Shown here piece by piece: positions 56,161 to 64,000 of a DNA stretch of 64,000 nt. The position numbers and the translations under genes were made by a program. The stretch is from Bdellovibrionota bacterium. GTDB lineage: Bacteria > Bdellovibrionota_G > JALEGL01 > DATDPG01. The notes beneath the pieces are model-generated. The model had not been told where the DNA came from and made no database searches. It was given only the letters and a program-made list of their open reading frames with translations. The stretch covers positions 670,553-734,552 of the forward strand of contig OY764265.1 of assembly GCA_963668355.1 (NCBI GenBank). The letters are read 5' to 3'. The number at the start of each line of letters is the position of its first letter. The first letter of the stretch is position 1.

Positions 56161-58101
56161 CTAAAAACCCAGGCTCTTCTTCATATCTTTCCCGACATCT
56201 TTGACTTTTTTGGAGGCTTTCTTTTTGGCTTTTTCTGTCTTCTCCCGCAGCAACTTCTTCTGTTTGTCTTTGAATGCAGCGACTTTCTTTTCAAGTTCGG
56301 TTTTCAACTGAGTGACCCGCTTTTTCTGCACAGCCAATTCGTTCAGGATATTTTTCTTCTGCTTAGCAATCTCTTTTTCGGCTTCTGAAATTCTAGACCC
56401 AATTTCTTTGCGCAAATAAGCCTCCAGTTTCTTTTGGGCCTTGCGAACCTTCTTCATCAACGTACGTTCCAGCCCGTTCTTCAAGGCATTGTCGAAAGTA
56501 GAGGAAATGGAAATCTTGGGTTTTTTCAATTCTCCCGAAAGCCCGATTTTTACGGAAAAGGTTTTAATTTCACTCATAACCTCCCGCAAAATCTTCAAAA
56601 CGGGATGTGTATGTGCATCATTTTGAAAGGCGTATTTCAACGCAGAAAAACTTCCCACCATTGAGGCCTCAACTTGATCGTGGTGAAATAACAGATTCGA
56701 CTTCCAATCGGCCTGGCCACGCTTCAACGGCAAGCTAAACACCGCCCCTTTTCCAAGCTCAATATCATCTAGTCGAATCCCTTTCACATGAGCTTCGAAC
56801 GCAGTTTGATCTTCCTGTTCATCTGCTTGATAACGAAAGGAAACACCCGCATTTTTAAAGTGTCCCGCCACCATATCCGCCGTCAGACTCGCAACCATTG
56901 GGCGCTTCCAAAGTTTCGGATGAGACGTAAAATCCTTCCCTTCCAAAACATACAACCCACGATAGGACTCCGGAACCGCTTCATTTTCTCGGGTGTCACT
57001 CGAAACCAATGCATGAGAAAGCAAAAACTTTGGCGTATGATCCGTGATCGGAAAATAAACCATTCGCCCTTTCATGCGTTCCTTTTTGGGTTTTTTGGAA
57101 GTTCCTTTATAGCGCTCAGCATATTGCTTAGCCGTTAAATAGTACTCCAGAAATTTTCTGTACTTTTCAACAACGGTTAGCCCAAACACACCTTCGGAGA
57201 GTCGATCCAGCTTCCAATCGCCAAGACCAATCTTGGATTTTAGACGTTCAATGTCCTCTTTCATGTCACTCTTCAAACGTGCAATCTGGCCGACTTGGTT
57301 TTCCAATTCGGATTTGGCTTTCTTGGTCAGGTGAACGACCTTGGATTCTTGCTCTTTTAAATCACCCTTAAAGCTCTCAAGCGTCTGGATGGCAGAAACG
57401 ACTTGGGGAACCGTTTTAATTTTTCGGGGATCTAACGTCTTGGCTTTGTTCCGAATTTTTGAAAGTTCTTGCTTCTGCTTTGAAACAAATGTTTGAGATT
57501 CTTTTTTCCAATTTCGAACCAGCTTCTTCGTTTCTGACGGGATATTTTTAGCTCTCTGATACGCCTGTATATCCTCCAACTTTACAAACTTCTTTGGGTT
57601 AAACCGATCTCCCAATTGCGCCAAGTCCAACTCAGGGAATTTCGTTTTGAACTTGGCCTTCAATTCGTCCAGTGTCTGGGACCAAAGGCTTGGACCTGCA
57701 GATGCCTCCTGCTTGGCCCATTCTTTTTTCCATGCCTCCGGAACCTTTCCCGGTTTTTTTCTTTGGGTCGCCCATTGAATGCGTTCAATTTTAACGTCAT
57801 CAATCACCACTTTTTTCTTCAGGAGCGGCAAAAACTGGAGATCGGCAACAAGCTCGTTTACTTCAAACCTATTTTTCATCAAGTCCTCAGGGTCGGTGAC
57901 GCGAAGGTCTTGAATTTCTAACTTGCTGCTTAGGAAAGAAAGTGTGACAGAATCCACATCGACCAAGGCCCCATTTAACTTCGTGCCTTGTTTGACGAGT
58001 GAATTTTTCAGAAAATGGTCCAAATAATATGTGGCAAACACATACACGCCAACCGTAATCAGCACGAAAGGGAGAAAACCTTTCCAACGAACGATCTTCA
58101 T
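56161..58101 (-). CDS. TIGR03545-family membrane-anchored protein
   Basis: MKIVRWKGFLPFVLITVGVY.. N-terminal anchor with a long coiled/K-rich body. ATGA overlap with the upstream TIGR03546-like gene, the usual pairing. Confidence 0.6.
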   Translation of the reverse strand: MKIVRWKGFLPFVLITVGVYVFATYYLDHFLKNSLVKQGTKLNGALVDVDSVTLSFLSSKLEIQDLRVTDPEDLMKNRFEVNELVADLQFLPLLKKKVVIDDVKIERIQWATQRKKPGKVPEAWKKEWAKQEASAGPSLWSQTLDELKAKFKTKFPELDLAQLGDRFNPKKFVKLEDIQAYQRAKNIPSETKKLVRNWKKESQTFVSKQKQELSKIRNKAKTLDPRKIKTVPQVVSAIQTLESFKGDLKEQESKVVHLTKKAKSELENQVGQIARLKSDMKEDIERLKSKIGLGDWKLDRLSEGVFGLTVVEKYRKFLEYYLTAKQYAERYKGTSKKPKKERMKGRMVYFPITDHTPKFLLSHALVSSDTRENEAVPESYRGLYVLEGKDFTSHPKLWKRPMVASLTADMVAGHFKNAGVSFRYQADEQEDQTAFEAHVKGIRLDDIELGKGAVFSLPLKRGQADWKSNLLFHHDQVEASMVGSFSALKYAFQNDAHTHPVLKILREVMSEIKTFSVKIGLSGELKKPKISISSTFDNALKNGLERTLMKKVRKAQKKLEAYLRKEIGSRISEAEKEIAKQKKNILNELAVQKKRVTQLKTELEKKVAAFKDKQKKLLREKTEKAKKKASKKVKDVGKDMKKSLGF

Positions 58102-58631
58102 GCCATGGTCTCCTTCACTCGTTCATATTTGGTATACAACTTATAAATTCCTGTCGTCTTCCAAGCCTTAAACCATTTGGTCCCTTTAATTCTCTCCAAT
58201 ACGGTTTGACGATATTTCCGAATCAAAGACCGAAAAAGAAACAGCGACGGAAGAAACAATATGAAGCTAGTCACAAGACTCCCCGCCACGATCGAGTTAT
58301 TGAATCGGGTCCAAGGAAAGACAGGTAAATTGTAAAGTTTCGTAAAAAAAGCTTGAAGGGCAGGATATTGCGTGAGCAACGCATATCCCAAAGTATCGAA
58401 CAGAGGATCCAGAAACAGGGCCAAAACACCGAAGATTGCCCACCCTAGAAACATCGCACCCCCGTGAATGCGGAAAACACAAAACACAAAGAAGAACGCC
58501 AAGAGGAGAAGGGGGTTGGATGGAACAAAACCCATCACCATCCCGAGTGAAAAACCGGCAGCTACAGACGTTTCGCCCTTGGCTGAGTTGATGATTTTGA
58601 TCAACGAAAATAACTGTTCAATCCCAAACAT
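58098..58631 (-). CDS. TIGR03546/DUF2062-family membrane protein
   Basis: 177 aa. SVAAGFSLGMVMGFVPSNPLL and multiple TM segments. Confidence 0.6.
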   Translation of the reverse strand: MFGIEQLFSLIKIINSAKGETSVAAGFSLGMVMGFVPSNPLLLLAFFFVFCVFRIHGGAMFLGWAIFGVLALFLDPLFDTLGYALLTQYPALQAFFTKLYNLPVFPWTRFNNSIVAGSLVTSFILFLPSLFLFRSLIRKYRQTVLERIKGTKWFKAWKTTGIYKLYTKYERVKETMA

Positions 58632-58706
58632 TTTGGCAGTCTACCTCACTAAAATGTTTCGAAAAGGCCCTTTCACCAAGACCTTTGACAGCCATGCCAA
58701 TTCAAA

Positions 58707-58728
58707 ATATTGTGCATATGCACAATAT
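58707..58728. promoter_or_regulatory. 22-bp perfect palindrome (operator candidate)
   Basis: atattgtgcatatgcacaatat ends 4 nt before the ATG of the DUF134 gene. Confidence 0.5.
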
Positions 58729-58732
58729 AGTC

Positions 58733-59041
58733 ATGCCTCGTCCTTTAAAACATCGCCGTTGTCGTACCTGGAATGGGCATCGGGTTTTCAAGCCCATTCG
58801 GACACCCATTTCCAGCCTAGAAATTGTTCCGCTTCAAATGAGTGAACTTGAAGCCATGAGACTCTGTGATTACGAACAAATGGAACAATCTGAAGCGGGA
58901 GAGCAAATGCAGGTTTCGCGAGGCACCATTCATCGCCTTTTGAAATCGGGACGAAGAAAAGTGTTACACGTACTTCTAAATTCACAGGCTCTTGAAATCA
59001 AAGATGATTTGATTTCCAAAACATCTGAGGAGAAGAAGTAA
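58733..59041 (+). CDS. DUF134 (UPF0251) predicted DNA-binding protein
   Basis: MPRPLKHRRC... start typical of the family. LSELEAMRLCDYEQMEQSEAGEQMQVSRGTIHRLLKSGRRKV is a sigma-70 region-4-like HTH. Confidence 0.7.
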   Translation: MPRPLKHRRCRTWNGHRVFKPIRTPISSLEIVPLQMSELEAMRLCDYEQMEQSEAGEQMQVSRGTIHRLLKSGRRKVLHVLLNSQALEIKDDLISKTSEEKK

Positions 59042-59053
59042 GAAAGGACCCTC

Positions 59054-59656
59054 ATGAAAGAAACGGATCGCATCGGAAAACGCAGCCTCAAAGAAATCTG
59101 GCACGATTTGAGCCCCCAAGCGCTGAACGAAATGAAGTCTCTGGGACTTCCTGGTCCCTCCTGGGAAAATCCAACGGCCAAACTTGGTCTCGACCCTGTT
59201 CCAGGAAGAGATCGCATTCCTCGCCACGCCATTCACGCTCCCTCTGTGATCAACGAAGCGCATGACTATGACCGACCCTCTTCCTTTAGTCGCGGCCTTC
59301 GCGTGGAACTTCCCGGAGCCACCATGCTCCTTCTCTCCGGAACCGCTAGTGTAGATGAAGCTGGGGGAGCCGCACACGAGGGAGATTTTGCGGCACAGTG
59401 TTTTCGAACGTATCGAAACCTAACCGAATTGCTCGCAGCCGAAAAAGCCAGTTGGCACGATGTCGTAAGAACCACATGTTATTTAAGAGACATTGAACGA
59501 GACTACAAACTGTTTAACGAAATTCGGACCATTTTCTTTACAGAATTGGGATTGAATCCACTTCCGGCAAGTACGGGAATTCAGGCCCGTTTATGCTGGT
59601 CGGAGCTTCTGGTTGAAATTGAACTGATGGCTATTCTTCCCAAAACTGATAAATAG
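59054..59656 (+). CDS. RidA/YjgF-fold protein with an ~80-aa N-terminal extension
   Basis: LLLSGTASVDEAG..FAAQCFRTYRNLTELL..VVRTTCYLRDI..ASTGIQA..LVEIELMA matches the RidA/endoribonuclease L-PSP fold. Confidence 0.6.
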   Translation: MKETDRIGKRSLKEIWHDLSPQALNEMKSLGLPGPSWENPTAKLGLDPVPGRDRIPRHAIHAPSVINEAHDYDRPSSFSRGLRVELPGATMLLLSGTASVDEAGGAAHEGDFAAQCFRTYRNLTELLAAEKASWHDVVRTTCYLRDIERDYKLFNEIRTIFFTELGLNPLPASTGIQARLCWSELLVEIELMAILPKTDK

Positions 59657-59667
59657 GGCAGCCAGAA

Positions 59668-60549
59668 ATGGTATGGAATTACGAAAACATTCGAGCGCAT
59701 CTTCCTGATTTAAGCATTCTCCGTCACAACTGGAGAGAGTTTCAAAACACGACTTCGACTCATGAGGTCTCGGTTCAAGGGGCGACAATCGGAGGAGAAC
59801 GCCCTACCCTCATCGCCGGGCCCTGCGCTGTGGAAACGCAGGAACAAACGTTAGCCATTGCCAAGGTCGTTCATGACATGGGGATTCGACTTCTTCGAGG
59901 GGGTGCTTTCAAACCACGAACCAATCCGCATGACTTTCAAGGTTTGGGAGTAAAGGGTCTGGAAATTTTGAGTCAAGCCCGAGAGGAATTTGGTTTAGGA
60001 ATCGTCACAGAAGTCATGGATCCACGAATGGTGGAAATCATGATGTCACATGCTGACATGTTTCAGATTGGATCTCGCTCCATGTACAACTACCCGCTCT
60101 TAAAAGAAGTGGGAAAAACCAAGAAACCCGTTCTTTTGAAAAGAGCGTGGTGTGCAACTCTAGAAGAGTGGCTATGTGCTGCAGAGTATATCGCGAAAGA
60201 AGGAAACAAAAACATTGTGCTATGTGAAAGAGGTATTCGCACCTCGGTTCACTGGAATTACTCCCGCGCCATACTGGATCTAAACATCATCGAACCTTTG
60301 AGACGATTGACACCGTTGCCAGTGATCGTGGACCCCTCTCACGCCACAGGCCAATGGAGTTTGGTCCCGGCTATCGCGAGAAGCGGCCTCGCTGCTGGTG
60401 CGCACGGTGTATTGATTGAAGTTGCCCTCTCTGGAGAAGCCAGAAAAACGTTAAAATGTGACAACGAACAAGGTATTTCTCCGGACCAGCTTAAAGAGCT
60501 TCATGACTTTGTAAAAAACGAGAAAGTTGCACCCTTCACAATCGATTGA
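59668..60549 (+). CDS. 3-deoxy-7-phosphoheptulonate (DAHP) synthase, class I-beta type
   Basis: LIAGPCAVE..LLRGGAFKPRTNPHDFQGLG..VTEVMD..MFQIGSR..LKR..CERGIR..VDPSHATG. Confidence 0.8.
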   Translation: MVWNYENIRAHLPDLSILRHNWREFQNTTSTHEVSVQGATIGGERPTLIAGPCAVETQEQTLAIAKVVHDMGIRLLRGGAFKPRTNPHDFQGLGVKGLEILSQAREEFGLGIVTEVMDPRMVEIMMSHADMFQIGSRSMYNYPLLKEVGKTKKPVLLKRAWCATLEEWLCAAEYIAKEGNKNIVLCERGIRTSVHWNYSRAILDLNIIEPLRRLTPLPVIVDPSHATGQWSLVPAIARSGLAAGAHGVLIEVALSGEARKTLKCDNEQGISPDQLKELHDFVKNEKVAPFTID

Positions 60550-61534
60550 GCTTTTTTTCCAGCTTAGCCTCGGCCAAAACCAAAGCTGCCATCGCATCGA
60601 CTACCGGAACCACACGTGGAACGATGCACGGATCATGTCTTCCCTCTTGAGCCTTCTTTCCTAAGGTACTGGTCGGCTTAAAGGCAACCCGAAAGACGAT
60701 TCGCTCCCCGGTGGAAAGGCCTCCCACAATCCCACCCAAATTCTTTGAAGATGCGTGAAACGCGACTCCTTCATCCTGCGAAGACGAAAAGCCCTTCCCC
60801 AACTCGAAGCCTACGGCGCCTCCAATGCCCAACATGGCTGAGGCCAATTGAGATTTAAGCTTTCGGAAGACTGGCTCTCCCCACCCTTCGGGAATGCCGT
60901 CAATCCAAGTCTCGACAACACCGCCCAAGGAATTTCCCTGCTTTTTGAACTCAGTCAGCTTTTTTTCAATACTTTGAGCTATCCGGGAATCGGGGCAGCG
61001 CAAGACGTTGGAATCCACCTCTTCCCGGCTCAAAGAGGAGGGAAGTTCTGCACAAACACATTCACCAACCGCGCGAGTGAAGCTAACAATCTTCACATCT
61101 GAACCTAAAATTTTCTGAGCAACGACGCCTCCAAGAACGCGCGCCACCGTTTCTCGACCGGAGCTTCGCCCTCCTCCTCGCCAATCTCTGATGCCAAACT
61201 TCTGTTCCCACACGAGATCGGCGTGTCCCTGGCGGTATTCGTCGGGAGAATAATCCTCAGACCTGGCATCGACATTTCGAACCATCAATGCAATGGGAGT
61301 ACCCAAGGTCTGGCCCTCAAATATCCCACTTAGGATCTCAACACGATCGGTCTCTCCTCTTCCACTGGTAACCGGGGACTGAGCCGGGCGACGTCGATCC
61401 AGCTCCTTATGAAAATCATCCACGCATAGGTTCAGACAAGACGGACATCCGTCGACGACAGCGCCCAAAGCAAGGCCATGCGACTCACCAAAGGTAGAAA
61501 TAGATAACAAATGTCCGAATGAGTTTCCTCTCAT
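60536..61534 (-). CDS. aroC: Chorismate synthase
   Basis: GNSFGHLLSISTFGESHG..AVVDGCP, GRSSGRETVARV, GRHDPCIVPR. Confidence 0.9.
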   Translation of the reverse strand: MRGNSFGHLLSISTFGESHGLALGAVVDGCPSCLNLCVDDFHKELDRRRPAQSPVTSGRGETDRVEILSGIFEGQTLGTPIALMVRNVDARSEDYSPDEYRQGHADLVWEQKFGIRDWRGGGRSSGRETVARVLGGVVAQKILGSDVKIVSFTRAVGECVCAELPSSLSREEVDSNVLRCPDSRIAQSIEKKLTEFKKQGNSLGGVVETWIDGIPEGWGEPVFRKLKSQLASAMLGIGGAVGFELGKGFSSSQDEGVAFHASSKNLGGIVGGLSTGERIVFRVAFKPTSTLGKKAQEGRHDPCIVPRVVPVVDAMAALVLAEAKLEKKLNRL

Positions 61535-63285
61535 AAGAGCTCCTTTACATCGAATCCCCAGCAGTTCAATTGTTCTTTCGCCTGCCGCAGAAAAAATGCT
61601 TCACCCGACAAGAACTTCTTTCCCCCATCATTTGAGGCCATTTTTCCATACCGAAGATCGATCCACAACGACGCCTTTCGCTTCGGGCCTCCAACGATGC
61701 TTCTTCCGGAGGCATTGATCACTGCGTCCCAGCTGTTTCGCCAAACCAAGGAAGACGGCGCAATCTCGCGATACCCCATATGTTTGACGTCACAAAACCC
61801 ATCCTCCTCCAACGCTTTTAAGATGCTTGGAGAAACTCCCCCTTGCCCAATCAAAAGAATTTTTGATTTTTGATCCAGAGAGGTCTTAGAAAGAAGAGCG
61901 TGCATCCCCTCCACGTCAAAATTTTTAGCTCTCCATTTCCCCCCTGTATCTCGAATCAATGTATTTCCACTTTGAAGGGTCTTCGTAAAACGATCTGGAG
62001 AAACGCAGGGCAAATTCAAAAGAGCCTGTTTTAAGGGTGAGGTTACGGAGAGACCCTTAAAGCCCATCTCATAAAGGGCATTCAGAGCACACTCCAGTTC
62101 CTGTTTTTGAACGGGGATCAACACATACACCGCATTGAGCCCTTGGGTTCGAAACACGTTGTTGTGAAATTCAGCGCCCCAGCTCGCATCCACGGGATCT
62201 CCAATTAAACCATACAAACTTGGGTTCCGATCCACATGCGCATAGAAGGCCCACTCGTCCCAAGGAGGCGTTCCAAACGAATTCACTGCAGAATGAGGAG
62301 AAATGAAATTCCATCGATTTTCAGTAAGCGTTTCAAGGATACGGAGCCATTTCCATCGATTCCCTTGGGGCAAAACCGTCACTTCTTCGTGCCGACCTTT
62401 CAGGTCCCGTTTCCATTTTTCGTACGTTTTGAGTTCTTCAAAAGAAGGTGGCGTCGGGGCCCACTTCACAGAGTGGGCTCTCTTCGGAAACCGTGGCATC
62501 TCCCACTCAACAGCATGAGAGGAAAACATCTGACGAGAGTCTCTCCACTTTGGAGAAACTTCTTTTACATACGCCAAATCGACATCTTGGAATGCCGCCC
62601 CTTCAAGAAGATCATTTGCCTTGGACGTACGAACACTCCATAAGCGATTTTCCATGGGAAGTTGTTTAAGTCCCTTCCATTGTTCAGGAAAACGGTCGCT
62701 TCGAATTTCAATTCCTGCGGATTTCGTGTACTTCCATGCACGAAGCTGACGTTTCCATCGCTTTCGATCTCCGATCCAAAATGAACGAGAAAAAAGATCG
62801 GAGTTCGATGCCTCTTCCATCCGAACAATGAGATCGACCAAGCGCCGCGTCGTCAGATCCCACCCTTCTCCCAAACCAATGTCCATTTTCGCATCTGCCC
62901 AAGAGAAAAAACGCGGTTCGCGTTTTTCCTCCATCCATTTCAGCTCTTCTTCCAGCGAGAGATCCAAACGAATCCGGGAGCGTCTTCGGCTCGCATAATG
63001 TTTCCAACCCTCACGCCAAAGCCAAATCACAAAAAAAGAAGACGGAATTTTCTCAATCCCACCGCCCGGAGAGACAATCGAACCATCCGGAACGTGTTGA
63101 ATGAGTTCTTTTTCCAGTCGTCGAAATTCCACCAAAGATTCACGAATCAATTCCGCAGGCGTTTTTCCCGTTTTCTTTTTCGCCTCAGCGTCGATATCCA
63201 CAAACGGTCGCCGTAGGGCCTTCGAAACCCGTCGTCCGAGCGTCGTTTTCCCGGTACCACGATGCCCAACCAAAGCCCAAATCAT
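61531..63285 (-). CDS. Fusion protein: shikimate kinase + type I dehydroquinase-like domain + shikimate dehydrogenase
   Basis: N-terminus LVGHRGTGKTTLGR (AroK Walker A). The middle has SSH..VKWA..VTVLPQGNRWKWLRIL..NFIS, resembling AroD type I. The C-terminus has YGLIGDPVDASWGAEFHN..GLSVTSPLKQ..LLIGQGGV (AroE). ATGA overlaps on both sides. Confidence 0.7.
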   Translation of the reverse strand: MIWALVGHRGTGKTTLGRRVSKALRRPFVDIDAEAKKKTGKTPAELIRESLVEFRRLEKELIQHVPDGSIVSPGGGIEKIPSSFFVIWLWREGWKHYASRRRSRIRLDLSLEEELKWMEEKREPRFFSWADAKMDIGLGEGWDLTTRRLVDLIVRMEEASNSDLFSRSFWIGDRKRWKRQLRAWKYTKSAGIEIRSDRFPEQWKGLKQLPMENRLWSVRTSKANDLLEGAAFQDVDLAYVKEVSPKWRDSRQMFSSHAVEWEMPRFPKRAHSVKWAPTPPSFEELKTYEKWKRDLKGRHEEVTVLPQGNRWKWLRILETLTENRWNFISPHSAVNSFGTPPWDEWAFYAHVDRNPSLYGLIGDPVDASWGAEFHNNVFRTQGLNAVYVLIPVQKQELECALNALYEMGFKGLSVTSPLKQALLNLPCVSPDRFTKTLQSGNTLIRDTGGKWRAKNFDVEGMHALLSKTSLDQKSKILLIGQGGVSPSILKALEEDGFCDVKHMGYREIAPSSLVWRNSWDAVINASGRSIVGGPKRKASLWIDLRYGKMASNDGGKKFLSGEAFFLRQAKEQLNCWGFDVKELL

Positions 63286-64000
63286 TCAACACTCCACCCT
63301 ACATATTGAGCATGTTCCCAAAACTCTGGATATGATTTTTGGACGACGAAAGGTTCGAGAACCGTGACAAAATCGCATTGGGAAGCAAAAAGCGTCGCAG
63401 CCATGGCCAAGCGATGATCTCCAAAAGGAGAAAATTCACCCGAAGATGGAACTTGGTCACCAAGAATCGAAAGTCCATCCTCTGTGTTTTTCAATTCAAT
63501 TCCCAAAGAGGTATAGGCTTTTTGGAGATCTTCAATTCGATTGCTTTCTTTATGTCTGAGATGTTGGGCTTCGAAAATGGTCGTATTTCCAGGCAACAAT
63601 GCACTCAACGCTGCTAACACCGGAGCTAGATCTGGCGCATTTTTTAACGAAAATTGGCGACTGGGTTCGTTGAATTCTTCAAGGAGCTTTGGAAAACAAG
63701 CGTCGGCCTGCCGCTTGCTTCGAGGATAGTTTTCCACCAAAACGGGCCAGCCCAGTTTTTTAGCCGCCAACCAAACAGCTGCAGAACTGGCATCGGCTTC
63801 CAACTCAAAAATGTTCTCTACGCCTTTTGAAGAAACAGGATGAATCCGAACCCCTTGATCCAAAGGCTCAATATTTGCGCCAAAGGCTTCGACACATTCT
63901 CGGGTGAGTTGAAGATAAGGACTCGACACTACCTCCCCCTTAAACAACAACTCAGTGGGTTCGAGAAAAAAGGACGTCACCATCATTAAAGCTGACGCGA
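63282..64000 (-). CDS. aroA: EPSP synthase, C-terminal part (gene continues past the window end)
   Basis: DASSAAVWLAA.., LRHKESNRIEDL.., GDHRLAMAATL.., VQKSYPEFW. Confidence 0.85.
   Translation of the reverse strand, partial: ASALMMVTSFFLEPTELLFKGEVVSSPYLQLTRECVEAFGANIEPLDQGVRIHPVSSKGVENIFELEADASSAAVWLAAKKLGWPVLVENYPRSKRQADACFPKLLEEFNEPSRQFSLKNAPDLAPVLAALSALLPGNTTIFEAQHLRHKESNRIEDLQKAYTSLGIELKNTEDGLSILGDQVPSSGEFSPFGDHRLAMAATLFASQCDFVTVLEPFVVQKSYPEFWEHAQYVGWSVE

Overview
64-kb window from a Gram-negative (diderm) bacterium that I cannot place taxonomically. It has mid-range GC by eye, sigma-54 regulation, a TonB-dependent receptor, and many lipoproteins and FN3/Ig-like surface proteins, some with FlgD-Ig/T9SS-type C-terminal domains. 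All calls come from reading the sequence and the ORF track and recognising motifs by eye; no searches were run.

Layout:
- 1-17.8 kb: surface-protein genes, an ABC-ATPase-domain protein, a PilZ protein, a thermonuclease, small housekeeping genes (one frameshifted VOC gene, one truncated DUF218 gene) and arsC.
- 17.86-33.5 kb: tRNA-Ser(GGA) with a duplicated 3' end opens a repeat-rich accessory region. It holds an IS110-family element, two unclassified repeat families, a truncated SagB-like paralog, a two-gene module of unknown function and several small secreted ORFs.
- Within this region: a sensor kinase / NtrC-type regulator pair sits divergent from a sigma-54-promoter-driven envelope operon.
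- 33.5-64 kb: hemerythrin, tandem-SagB dehydrogenase with an FkbM methyltransferase, a small Cys-containing leader/core-like peptide behind a YfiR-TonB receptor pair, a GT-C/GT2 envelope glycosylation cluster, C11 peptidase, nikR, glgB, the TIGR03545/03546 pair, DUF134, and a shikimate cluster.

Best candidates for something new:
- The IS110 element (1189 bp) is inserted base-precisely into one arm of a REP-like hairpin. Its 218-bp non-coding left end carries short matches to both its target and its own ends, which looks like a bridge/seek-RNA.
- The hairpin family B has 8 copies, all between 18.2 and 33.5 kb.
- The roughly 395-bp repeat family A has 4 copies and carries a small frame with a protein-coding substitution pattern. 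One copy truncates a gene; two copies bracket the two-gene module as inverted repeats.
- The shikimate cluster has translationally coupled aroA, an aroK-aroD-like-aroE fusion and aroC.
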